Source of the DNA: an uncultured Eubacteriales bacterium
GTDB taxonomy: Bacteria > Bacillota > Clostridia > Christensenellales > UBA1242
Assembly: GCA_948607205.1 (NCBI GenBank)
Contig: CAPERS010000005.1
Location: forward strand, 834-64,833
DNA: 64,000 nucleotides
Direction of reading: 5' to 3'
Part shown: positions 59,001 to 63,963 of the stretch, in pieces
Layout of the letters: each line of letters opens with the position of its first letter
Position numbering within the stretch: the first letter of the stretch is position 1
Translations under genes and position numbers: made by a program
The notes under the pieces: generated by a model
Told to the model about the DNA's origin: nothing
Seen by the model: the letters and a program-made list of their open reading frames with translations, nothing else
Databases searched by the model: none

Positions 59001-60052
59001 ATATTATATTAATAGAAGATATTATAGTTGAAACTGCAAGTGAGGCAACTCAAAATATAAATATTTCAGGAAATGGAAAAAATATCATTTTTATCAACAA
59101 TGAGAATGCGTTATTTAGCAACGGCGATAATAAATATATTAATAACGTTAGTATTTTGGGAGTTGTAAAAAATGAGTCTTTCTTGACATCAAAAAATAAA
59201 TATTACAATGTTTCAACTTATGGAATAGTTTCTGAAAAAGAAACAGGTTGTATCATTAATAACGAAAATACCGAAATACAATGCCTAAATAATTTCATAT
59301 CGGTGGAAACAAAGGCAGGAAAAGATATAACGTTAGCAACAAGTGTTATTTCACCTGATAATATTATGGTAAAATCTTATGGTTCCTTGTTTGCTGGTGA
59401 TGGAGAAGATGGAGAATCTTGGGGTAAGAGCAAAGATAAACAATCAGGAAAAGTAGAAAAGGGAAATGACGGCGGAGATATTGTATTACAAGGCATTGAT
59501 TTATTAGGACTTATAAAAGTAGGCATTGGAGGTAAAGGTGGATTTGGATATGCTGGTAGTTTAAATGATGCTGGTTTCAGAAATGATAATAATATAATAG
59601 ATGCAAGTTCATCATTATCAATCATGACTCAGGAAGATGGAGAAAATGGGAAAAATGGTCTATTATTAAGTTCTAAAAATCATAGCACAACATTGATTAG
59701 AACTGAAGGTGCAAAGAGAATAAAATTTATTTCAGGCATTGATAGGGGGGCATTTAATATAAAAGTTGGAACTTATGTTAAAATAGAGGTTCCGGGGATA
59801 GGAGAACTACTCCATTCAGGTTATGGTTTTGGTGTAGACGTAAAAGTCTGGCCTTTGAATACAATTGTCAAAACTTCATTCACTAATACTTTTGGTAATA
59901 AAACAAAATTCAGAGGTAATGTAAAAAGTGAGTATGGAAATTATGGAAACTTTACTATTTATACTTTAAGTAACAACGCTGACATATTAAAAAATATCTT
60001 CTCCAACATGTCTTATGGAACTTGGGATGGAGTCACTTGGAAAGCAAATTAA
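41027..60052 (+). CDS. giant (6,341-aa) surface lipoprotein with Ig-like modules and GLUG-like repeat clusters
   Basis: Uninterrupted 19,026-nt ORF. AGGAGG lies 5 nt before ATG 41027, and the track start 40931 sits inside the promoter. Lipobox in MKKFFVGLLSIFMICGGIILASCGES. Many GG[LIV][VI]G-x-N-x-G-x-I-x-N repeats and [LF]DGNGH motifs are present. Confidence 0.9.
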   Translation: MKKFFVGLLSIFMICGGIILASCGESKVSLSIDQTYKEIVVLDEDNIEPVFVTCVVNGVDNGKVSVSSSQNSIVSASVEYNSSSNQNIISLIAGDMEGTATVTVTTLDQTVKETITVFVHGEVTGMSEKVYTNGQSQLYAIRGGQRTLNANELIDFETTLNTSRKDISWKLKEEDQYITLDGNVLSIDENYKAGVSEPKLTLTATSIFNPDISEDITLTILDKIDTSSVNLAFAFNRTMDYTNIFSQNENGDIVKEKILLTSNREADPDNKTAYIRIIFADCEKYSIEPVISYKNTNADVGQISILSDSNQESGVRYFIAEGKDNANITANASFKIGHKEFAYSVSTDFFEIGSYEKIDKIKIFDENGFEIKATQSIYNSYSLDKSLGQEFEVALLPTTVQGYTGQYNLELQVNDLSYVGKPAPIEMHYIDEDGYARVLNFGHGENKSDVTNIKVIFKSISISSKQVYIRAVNDIPESLLSTLTFNSEDNKKVKTSVELNLQRAPTSLVFEDKNQKNIYFSSAYGAEKTLSKEFKVFGQTSLTGLSVVYSNAFVDSPVLVQTGSSLDEGVNYKGEPYVQFRVSFDLLSSGLGQTRNGEYRIVHTNGISSDAFDLNVLLPLTDAYLKIDNLTSYNAVVGHRNEGNLFDANGTALPNKSNSLSFIMLKNGATLPFALQTNSVNLGNGSVSSVLESAEFRFVDEEKENELSQEDYQNLIANFENASRESNVVSINSLGNTLSSHATGTTYILIKFKGKSIGEDGIEDVTFYRVVKVESFVAPATLKPNVSSVEVYAENSVSEDDQSTEKTVIINFAQNGVTYKEPTNFIFEYDPNAKDDENKNLHFTNNGASINFGNFSIDNITIFDSYMSFVVRGISTNGQTAFNKNLSIAYVYKDENKNAYIALENSIDITVKNADRIERVTWESFNEDGIYFDLSDNGDNSQIIVTSVSPTNARNKDLKFIAVNESGNIDNSFVKFSQVDSGSDVVTLNAQTGRTGKIYILPKDAINNERIYFYDGFDTGDDGNKVYDNHKKSIMLADIGKEFENIKNYFFINNNKEEIKLSNIIVEIPVTIADGESFDTAYRIYSESQLSSFNPKKFYTFMNNVTISQDTAVKIKTLGTFEGGIQGATPQTTIVFEGSNIIGINNGTIRNITFAGTVNGSSGFVATTNNGTMQNVTVDVTTNENGYIYSSLNALVDNNGAGGLVGLNGVSGTIENCAVLGLNIASNDKDSDLSIAGGLVGTNKGTILSSRVEFYNFNNAVRNTISAQKVAGLAYANNGRIESSFAYNYSSENVLNGDSKALVYSAGDSSILTLSFASVGVALNHDDDSSIKLTNGYVKYSKAKEDGTGNEEIIDYYDEDGFIRHINDSNFDTSIANNENFVVSGEEGFLAYVNNGEAHLKDVFQDRVLTEGEIENLNPQTHEVNGFYKTLSVSQNSAIGFFYKVEDLTLTAKEKNELDGYNRVSLDEFVGDSSGIVAISDNAYVANIIGNEIVFTGVGNATITLVSKQNYQLKKDINIEVVYSLSKLKASYNFGGKSVEILKGQTHNLQTGATRSITYTFDKNIIRLGASAKAFNLVENNVNLRNNEYILTTPRVLTITENNIVSGRSIEVNPILSGREDDNDFSSYQSAINAEFGHNFKLSTYQGALDLRYSLDKVDISPAVTGSIKAVLTTSNEEDTIAPIVRLGDVALDIYQEEDGSYTASYSKGENERLKISVSRLSRKEISGNKYEIEFLIEISVHENYKWAVSNAEKYDVTFYSLGKTVSDSFDLTVSPQAFNYIDVNNYKVEHITSANIQGVNKDIYHIENKASSVLAPGNNSILKVNINPQFANYHHLKISYTGEQTLNAVVMKKMVAKNADDENATEFYENTVTSGVENFGNVMIVTPSLDDRKTGNMFFNIWINQSVNVNNTNLTFDITFFDENDNPITSVKSFIRVSYLQEPNITVNGQRELSFVAKGETAKGKLYFDADQTVSTNPIMIEDAKGIRVVNQREVESDIAGRRLIEFDVVVELDAEAIGGNNAVKLSANVKGEVQQKTAYNTMTIVDLAINTNPQSIKLEGSDSDTLQAYVGVGKMLKFNYTFMPEEYSYDLSDGAQIEAVRKLQQKRNEFSSSGLYIEGNEGKSYYSINYNSNHTQEKPLAQRIDYFNEETGGWSSILNTESNTFVSSVNGLFTISMNADASGNYRENQLLITGLKETSENSSVRMRMTTYINYAGQTLPIVKEFNVAVSEYSDEDLPIRVTNEQEFLKMAEGKEQNYILANDITLKNYSPLNTENIASLDGNGHVINIESFKTEKENASQNTLQLALFNNVTSNTTLKNVVVNVYNAGRQILADIDDYSSFEIAGFAISNAGIITNCSVVAFNSERQEGEDISPVGTYGLNVTYIKGTGTSSPQYLTDGSNWSSQVAGFAIRNTGSITNSKVGGDSVYLIGNKYTSDLNDGDPRYTLNIVQLEYFNIKGQGNMSGFVLDNSGYISASSVKNLSMNNQSEAPQFYTAGFVGNNTSSIITSYVEGVKSNDDRDSYKFCRMGSMIQSKMGVVSGFAYQTSESATIKDSYSNIGIANSDVQEETYLASGFIYINKGSLYNCYSSSQIQNQTYSQMNFSGVDSNGNLLNTDGSYENCYYYNPAYTEVGDSGEPTESSFKTGAGQLRDVTKQGSFYGFAIGGETSTNTIWRMTLNEGIKLVEPDMLSFSHRYYQVLSNQEDVEKDEQKYILPYATIMLDGDIRDMSYGSIYNPIIIRTPQEFLDVTGVSKSSSINEKVDAKAVKGVYRLVSNLDFNELASSEEQVNGIDIPSTRKSLTGIIYGNGFTISNINLAGSQQRETFAYGLFGAIESVKNSSGNIELEAMILNLNLTISKVINNKASAVGALAGFVRDASVVNVNLSFNDNASVEGSNFVGGVVGFAFANSTLKNLTTENTKVVASRRVSDNTEPLNAESLATLRNSNEFKSITTSLYSNLGQTEIDNLIKKVEKMSFAGGIVGFVDIFEGNGNDAYYSETDFTKSKDFLTYNVVSIKAEGPTFVQAGVAGGLIGLSGCNTSVKDAQLIIDGTMSDNQTHIVSIKHYAGAIIGQSFGTLSQLVATHDAQTQRTIQTNMGRYYNGKSFDKSLERGAIDLFSSISGEYNRIAVGGLVGYVGSGSMNLSYSNLNAVDLEANYAGGLIGEIDIHENVQAYKSTNGTVQGYESKYIINQSYASGDVRGKIAAGGIIGKLNECSDTKEKAGVALHAVNSVNFFSVYNYQTGENFVDIDRDNDIFSSNNVYAFVGEFAKKSNAVNLPNTDADGNIVEDLSPWLSLVIETTSEVDNEGNETQSQGATVSRIYRYFTNASQGEQVEKIDVAPKFAPNVDSELIIEVKEDEEGNKDKLSYLTKTEEPEKYTDIKTGKSFTQGSFLSNSFWSKDNWVHEDTTLFPTLKYTDAFGYFIYLDQFNIGTVIKTMRENSNVEVVVRGRKYKDNDQEIGDINMIEYFQTLGTFKQIQNFAGTIRSLKNTSSSSGELVKIILDRPLFESTSSGFTLKDTVISFENRKVNEEVTSDNIFKAGNSFSGAFANGTMTEAVISNVRFEFKNAGMKLTGENVGLIAPEISSSNISNTEILIDNSDTDKSDTKPFSNDSFLSVSLETKNVGLFAGVLRQISAVRQMNFSMNSIKVADVENFNKNNPFIAFNSSSVNIAESVSVGSMIGRAEFEKNNSGNKQAFSIALQSLSTTPTFKFSAPGNLFKTLNVGGMIGTLGTSVNLSVNANFDTDTVFVNSELIVTSPSKSKTTSLNYGGIVGYIENTGSVVSISNDGKSTASVNTKITSILNKNNNVWKEVNYGGLVGKSERQVGVKNFKTYNVTNGELSKDILKLAQENLSYTTDPIEANSINYGGYVGDGTIVNIETQKECAIEFDNASNEQVNIISLKADTVNAGGLVGQAQTVSMSGNGRIKVIDSFNVSNLETTSSSTKAGETTNSIANVGGFVGSASNVNFTSSRSNVSRYDGHILLDTTSSINAGGIVGRVVNEGSTNNSANGSATLDWLSFGGDIRLSNKSSDIKIGGTAGYISVNRIDMHNNYNYGDVFVAKEITSISEYFFGGLIGQTDTTNLTEAEINSNYSLVTHNSDIITKDNNANIHALFGTQVAKEKSDSGNIQVSSNFYNHGVTLTTDNQGIDMGYMSAYNNDGRYGYGIKKENTSVVDLGYNTDSNIVTVIKGVLGDNVEEGSKLKPKSLTSMETTIEKAKLSSDTSVKYYHIPSDNSGSTTFDWQSDSSHSYELTNVAIIGDANTIVLKGFKDNFISKMSGYSYISDLVVNIENMVVGENTSDKKIVGGLVGQMEGGNIFAVGIDGKIELAGSGTSTVGGIVGKMTRGTISDSYSVADILYRAGQNEDNYGNMSGIVGQGDETTSKNIYGTFSGGSLTSYIDANLHAFAGGENISIDNSYTYTYLDWNDHTDGTADISNKLDICASNTFGENFVFDTNAINSKTNGEINYGNLEGCLGDNWGSKSINYYFNFGYPTRTGFNYLKPSSLFSYETDSDRTKTLEIKTGNEKLSDNKNTAELYGYTYKRLSVKDTLAVTSTKSQNNNYAYGIPNASIFENISDKNLDSNIKMLTLLNDIDLSNTSIESWNPFTIKIDNNKIRQNFDGNGHTLHNFQNTIFESLEGGMVTNLRITNDAVKDLSAPLLVSELNGTTVSNLTLSGRITGNATGNLGAVANTATGSTTLTAVTNMVNIAVDATADLRVGGLVGKVDKESELTINYSSNYAPIEVANNNDVNKTTDNINNIEREVCVFIFTGGLVGNNSGTTYIYNSYNANAVINGYRSSVSGKTEGKSADYKTGGLVGSNSKQLKVYNSYNSGIVKSGNKNVTGKDDRPSSGVLIRGSAHQCSFAGGLVGFTNDASNSDDGTIVNNCFNEGSIEALGTDPVTEYDLQIEEVEITEGPLGGYKNTIIKSATLYQTDICKTNVYAYDIGYNVTSIESSSGKNNIVRNGTSLNGKQILSVVEIGDEYCGIKSVEKNNGRWSYGETDGDGTYKNSMQTYFESYYTRLSSLSLESGKQSSTNLDRAGVFKNQGVEEKDIAIKNSEGIVNLIKGICSIDKQNIPVSIVYKVPYQNFVQVIVPGADKSLDYLNLAKIENVYYGFYANQELLQINFKDGFIDGKYESDKFSGEKNYEGYKSAFDYYNKGDNLSNTDKENRNSEDDKNVKQQCKYETNSQGVNKTTIKGEAYNLVSNGPNASAALTAGNTTLTFEIDISSIGSLKDLTLDSVKLYKEQGNEYLGEFKDTSSIVSQSEKSSTISIKVTAVLEEGSYDVEARVTFIKTTNLELNNLTGSLIYDDVEESNTAGLFGIYVGESLSEYIGEGLNLTWNDGDKESSNIIHVRKNNKDYYMVYDSSSKVLYFAPGAKLNGEPINEVVDEYTKDVFKSMFSGNCEIVKTISGTATQNITGENVDKNISKNHQLESEIEYEFDATSVGDGAIKAISYEKDGEDLIINLQATNEAKFGGFNAKYIFGLNQTIENSDGEISNQYIPLLSNDGYGKTAFDSDWQILNAQGDVVVALTENSTSENFGLRFVGKADEFADGTEINEILESLDILKSVKYAPVINLDSQYINYEETTDDGLKLIVNISKNVDERSIIVGNEHYEFVDGNILPLNRDDLISVSFGGVEIFEGYDINFKMQEKISSYDIDITLVGETSEHAKLFVNGETIEGDLLSGLKYLKEGIEVSEIENLMLDIFGQVKYITISKPNIDSIEGKPEGDVNLILTGATLNFVNDGDKYTVEYIYDEENQEFKVANIRAIIKNCFGENGIENDFSFTIEKKDDDYIYVSSETFGDFLRFKDGKFEKAIISGADSEVVTWEDVNGNSTDFMLTITKIDENDVEEVVTWKLKIDLDKIPNFDNFKIQDSNIYTNFELDTDDEKQSKFNWDINGQNSKNIDLLKDIAFSLEEGQTIINNNSKVQVNENGQIEKIDASELKKLNNNFSISITEKTDPLSVTIKKTGQGETCYNIILIEDIIVETASEATQNINISGNGKNIIFINNENALFSNGDNKYINNVSILGVVKNESFLTSKNKYYNVSTYGIVSEKETGCIINNENTEIQCLNNFISVETKAGKDITLATSVISPDNIMVKSYGSLFAGDGEDGESWGKSKDKQSGKVEKGNDGGDIVLQGIDLLGLIKVGIGGKGGFGYAGSLNDAGFRNDNNIIDASSSLSIMTQEDGENGKNGLLLSSKNHSTTLIRTEGAKRIKFISGIDRGAFNIKVGTYVKIEVPGIGELLHSGYGFGVDVKVWPLNTIVKTSFTNTFGNKTKFRGNVKSEYGNYGNFTIYTLSNNADILKNIFSNMSYGTWDGVTWKAN

Positions 60053-60322
60053 TTATTATAAGTATTTCAATTAAAGTAAAATATGTCAAAATTATACAAA
60101 TTTCGACATAAAACGACGGGAGGGGATGAGTTGTTTCAAAAAAAGTTATAAAAAGTTTTGAAACAACTCCAATTTCCTTTGTCGAAAAAGGTTGGATATG
60201 CTAAAATATTATCGATAAAATTCCAAACTGAGATGATTGATTAAAACTTCAGTCAAAAACTTATATTCAAAAGACAAAATTTTTATTCAAAAAGTCAAAT
60301 TTAAACAAAAGGAGAAAAGGTC

Positions 60323-61018
60323 ATGAAGGACGAGAAAAATATCCATGCTGGGCATCGTGGTAGGCTTTTGGATACAATATACAAAGCTGGAATTGAAGCT
60401 GTTAGCGAGATACAAGCAATGGAATTTATTCTCACATATATCTTTCCTCGAGGGGATGTCAATCCGCTTGCGCACAGACTCCTTGACAAATTTGGCAGTA
60501 TAGCAAATGTTTTGGAGGCTGACCTTACTGAACTTGTCACCGTTCATGGAATAGGTGAGCGGGCTGGTAAAATGATAAATGAACTCACTGATATATTTTA
60601 CTTATATGCAACTTGCAAACGCACTAAGCGTGAAAATATGTCAGAATACAGTGCTGTTTATGATTACACTGAGCAGTTATTAAGATTCAAAAATGTGGAA
60701 GAGTTTTATATTGTTGGACTGGATAGCATGAAAAATGTTGTCGGAAGGCGAAAACTTGCTTCTGGAACAATCAATATGGTTGGAATAACTCCACTTCAAG
60801 TCTCAAGTTTTTTGTCGTCAACTCACTCTGCAATGGTTTTTATAACCCATAATCATCCAGGCGGAAAGGCTGAGCCTTCAGGGCAAGACTTGGAAGCGAC
60901 AAAATATATGCAAGACTTATTTAAGACTTTGGGAGTTCTCTATATTGACCACATTTTGATTGGCGCTGACGGAGTTTACTCCTTTGGCAAGAATAAAAAA
61001 GTGCGAGAGTTTTTCTAA
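60323..61018 (+). CDS. radC: RadC-family JAB-domain protein
   Basis: 231 aa with an N-terminal HhH-like region and the JAMM-like motif ITHNHPGGKAEPSGQD. GGAG RBS present. A terminator lies at about 61019-61050. Confidence 0.85.
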   Translation: MKDEKNIHAGHRGRLLDTIYKAGIEAVSEIQAMEFILTYIFPRGDVNPLAHRLLDKFGSIANVLEADLTELVTVHGIGERAGKMINELTDIFYLYATCKRTKRENMSEYSAVYDYTEQLLRFKNVEEFYIVGLDSMKNVVGRRKLASGTINMVGITPLQVSSFLSSTHSAMVFITHNHPGGKAEPSGQDLEATKYMQDLFKTLGVLYIDHILIGADGVYSFGKNKKVREFF

Positions 61019-61109
61019 AAAAAAGTGAACAAAGTTTGTTCGCTTTTTTTTGTTGTTTTATAATTAATTTTTTTTGATATATATATTTTGATTTAAATGC
61101 TTATTACCG

Positions 61110-61472
61110 TTAAATAATAAGTTTTGCAAGCAAAGAACCGATAAAACTTGAAATTATAACGCTTAAAAGCAAAAGCAGATAAACCCCAACGGGAATAGTG
61201 TTGGTATTTTTCTTTTGCTGCGATTTATTTTCAAGTGCTTTATATCCATAAGGCAAAACGCATAAACAAAAAACGCCATCGTCATCATACTTAATTGAAA
61301 TGCAATCAGAATGTTCAAGAAAGGTCAAAATGTTTTTCAGCCCATCATAGTCGACTTTAAATTTTTCTGGCATGGCCGAAATAATATCACGAGATTCAAC
61401 GATTTTATATCCGCCATTTTTGCACTCTTTGACCAAAATTTTCAAAACAATAAGTGATTTTGCATCTAACAT
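61110..61472 (-). CDS. winged-helix-like N-terminal domain protein with C-terminal TM anchor (paralog 1)
   Basis: 120 aa: a soluble domain of about 85 aa, a basic linker, then the TM IPVGVYLLLLLSVIISSFIGSLLA. Same architecture as 61598-61960. Confidence 0.5.
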   Translation of the reverse strand: MLDAKSLIVLKILVKECKNGGYKIVESRDIISAMPEKFKVDYDGLKNILTFLEHSDCISIKYDDDGVFCLCVLPYGYKALENKSQQKKNTNTIPVGVYLLLLLSVIISSFIGSLLAKLII

Positions 61473-61597
61473 TTGTTAAATGTTTGGCAAAAAGATAAAA
61501 AATATACCTAAGTTAAATTTGTTTTTTGGTGTAAAAAAGCGATAAATCGGAAAAAATATTTAAAAATAACTGTATTTTATGGAGGCGTCAAGCGGGC

Positions 61598-61960
61598 ATG
61601 GCAAGCCGAAAAGAAAAACTTGTGATGACTTATTTGTGCAAAGTGTGTTCTGGAAAGAAGACTCAACTTGTTTCGCCCAATGAAATTGCTGAGGCGCTTT
61701 CAAACAAGGCAGTATTATCAATTGCTGAGATTGATGAAATTCTCACTTCGCTTTCTATGGATAACTATCTTGATTTCGTGGTATCTGACTCTAAAAACGG
61801 TTATTATTATTGCGTTAATCTCAAAAAAAAAGGCATATCATATATCGCCGACAGCAAAAAATCACGTAAGGCGCTCGGACTGCTAGTTCTTCGCAGTATT
61901 TTTCTTGCAACGGTCAGCTTTGTTTTTGGTGTTATCCTAAAAGCAATATTCAGAGGGTGA
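61598..61960 (+). CDS. winged-helix-like N-terminal domain protein with C-terminal TM anchor (paralog 2)
   Basis: 120 aa, transcribed divergently from paralog 1. TM: LGLLVLRSIFLATVSFVFGVIL. Confidence 0.5.
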   Translation: MASRKEKLVMTYLCKVCSGKKTQLVSPNEIAEALSNKAVLSIAEIDEILTSLSMDNYLDFVVSDSKNGYYYCVNLKKKGISYIADSKKSRKALGLLVLRSIFLATVSFVFGVILKAIFRG

Positions 61961-62007
61961 AATTTATTTAAGAATAAAAAAAAGAACAGGTGTATGCCTG
62001 TTCTTTG

Positions 62008-63963
62008 TTAATTTTTAAGCTGTTTCCTAAGTTCTTGAATTTGCGTGCGAAGTTCGATTGCTCGCTCAAAATCAAGTGTTGAGGATGCAATCTTCATCAT
62101 GGCTGTCAGTTTTTCAATCTCTTTTGGGATTTCCTCTTTTTTGAGTTTTCCTTCTGAAACTTTCTTGGTTATTTCAAGTGTGTTTGAAATAGGCTTAATG
62201 ATTGTTTTTGGTGTTATATTATGTTCCTTGTTGAACGCATCTTGAAGCGCACGACGTTTCTCAGTTGTTTCAATTGCGCGTTTCATAGAATCTGTGATTG
62301 TGTCAGCAAACATGATAACTCTTCCGTTTGCATTTCGCGCTGCGCGTCCGATTGTTTGAATAAGTGCACCTTCACTGCGAAGGAATCCTTCCTTATCGGC
62401 GTCGAGTATGCAAACAAGTTCCACTTCGGGCATATCAAGACCTTCACGCAAAAGGTTGATTCCCACAAGGATATCAAACTCGCCACTGCGCAGTCCGTTG
62501 ATAATTTCCACACGTTCCATTGTGTCAATTTCAGAGTGCATATACTTGGTTTTGAAATCATGCTCTTGCAGATAGATAGTCAGGCTTTCCGCCATTTTTT
62601 TTGTGAGAGTTGTCACAAGCACACGACTGCCTTTTTCAATAACCTTTTTCGCTTCAACCATAAGTTCTTCAATTTGATTGGTGATAGGCTTGATTTCAAT
62701 GATTGGGTCAAGAAGCCCAGTTGGACGAATCACTTGCTCGACAACTTGACCTGCACGCGAAAGCTCATACTTGGCTGGCGTTGCAGAAACATAGACAACT
62801 TGTCCGAGTTTGGAATTGAATTCCTCAAAAGTCAAAGGTCTGTTGTCGCGCGCCGCTTCCAAACGAAAACCATAGTCGACCAACGAGTTTTTTCGCGCAC
62901 GGTCACCGTTATACATCGCCCTAACTTGTGGCAAAGTCATGTGGCTTTCGTCAATAATGGTCAAAAAGCCTTTTGGGAAATAGTCAATAAGAGTGTATGG
63001 CGCTTCGCCAGGCATGCGACCATCAAAATAACGAGAGTAATTTTCAATTCCACTGCAATAGCCCACTTCGCGCATCATTTCCATGTCATAGGCAACTCGC
63101 TGACCAATGCGCTCAGCTTCAATAAGTTTTTCTTGCGATTTGAAATTGTCGACCGCAATTTCTCGGTCATTTTCAATTTGTTTGAGTGCATTTTCCATAC
63201 GCTCTCTGCCAACAGCATAATGTGTTGCTGGATAAATCGCCACATGCTTTAGTGAATTGACCGCTTTGCCAGTGACCGAGTCAAGCTCATATATCTTGTC
63301 AATCTCATCGCCAAAAAACTCAACTCGAACGGCAAGTTCGGACTGGTTGGCTGGAAAGATATCCAGAGTGTCACCCTTAACACGAAAGGTTGAACGCTTG
63401 AAATCAATGTCGTTGCGTGTGTATTGTATGCCAATAAGCCGTGCAATCACTTCATCACGGTCAATGATGTCGCCTTCGCGCAAGGAAATGTGCAAGTTGT
63501 AATATTCCTCAGGATTGCCTAAACCATAAATACATGAAACTGACGCAACAATGATAACATCATCGCGCTCCAAAATGGAAGAAGTCGCAGACGAGCGAAG
63601 TTTATCAATCTCGTCATTGATTGCCATATCTTTTTCGATATATGTGTCTGACGAAACAATGTATGCCTCTGGTTGATAGTAGTCATAATATGACACAAAA
63701 TATTCCACACGATTATGCGGAAAAAACTCGCGAAACTCATTGCATAACTGTGCCGCCAAAGTCTTGTTGTGCGCAATCACAAGTGTAGGTCGTTTTACTC
63801 GTTCAATAATGTTTGCCATAGTGAAAGTTTTGCCTGAACCTGTCACGCCTAACAACACCTGCTCTTTGAGCCCATCCTCAATGCCTTCCACAAGTTTGTC
63901 TATCGCTTGTGGCTGGTCGCCCGATGGACTGTATTTTGAAACTAACTTAAATTCATGCTCCAT
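62008..63963 (-). CDS. uvrB: excinuclease ABC subunit B
   Basis: 651 aa with Walker [11 protein letters not shown], helicase motifs and a C-terminal UVR domain ([18 protein letters not shown]). Confidence 0.95.
   Translation of the reverse strand: MEHEFKLVSKYSPSGDQPQAIDKLVEGIEDGLKEQVLLGVTGSGKTFTMANIIERVKRPTLVIAHNKTLAAQLCNEFREFFPHNRVEYFVSYYDYYQPEAYIVSSDTYIEKDMAINDEIDKLRSSATSSILERDDVIIVASVSCIYGLGNPEEYYNLHISLREGDIIDRDEVIARLIGIQYTRNDIDFKRSTFRVKGDTLDIFPANQSELAVRVEFFGDEIDKIYELDSVTGKAVNSLKHVAIYPATHYAVGRERMENALKQIENDREIAVDNFKSQEKLIEAERIGQRVAYDMEMMREVGYCSGIENYSRYFDGRMPGEAPYTLIDYFPKGFLTIIDESHMTLPQVRAMYNGDRARKNSLVDYGFRLEAARDNRPLTFEEFNSKLGQVVYVSATPAKYELSRAGQVVEQVIRPTGLLDPIIEIKPITNQIEELMVEAKKVIEKGSRVLVTTLTKKMAESLTIYLQEHDFKTKYMHSEIDTMERVEIINGLRSGEFDILVGINLLREGLDMPEVELVCILDADKEGFLRSEGALIQTIGRAARNANGRVIMFADTITDSMKRAIETTEKRRALQDAFNKEHNITPKTIIKPISNTLEITKKVSEGKLKKEEIPKEIEKLTAMMKIASSTLDFERAIELRTQIQELRKQLKN

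Noticed and set aside
59750-60052. C-terminal cell-wall sorting signal (LPXTG) or C-terminal TM anchor on the giant protein
   Set aside because: The last ~100 residues (…KVWPLNTIVKTSFTNTFGNKTKFRGNVKSEYGNYGNFTIYTLSNNADILKNIFSNMSYGTWDGVTWKAN) contain no LPXTG-like motif and no hydrophobic or positively charged tail.
60129-60169. Intrinsic terminator of the giant gene (perfect 14-bp stem GAGTTGTTTCAAAA/TTTTGAAACAACTC)
   Set aside because: The hairpin is clear, but it is not followed by a T-run (CAATTTCC follows). I therefore did not annotate it as a canonical terminator. It may still act as an RNA-stabilising or processing hairpin.
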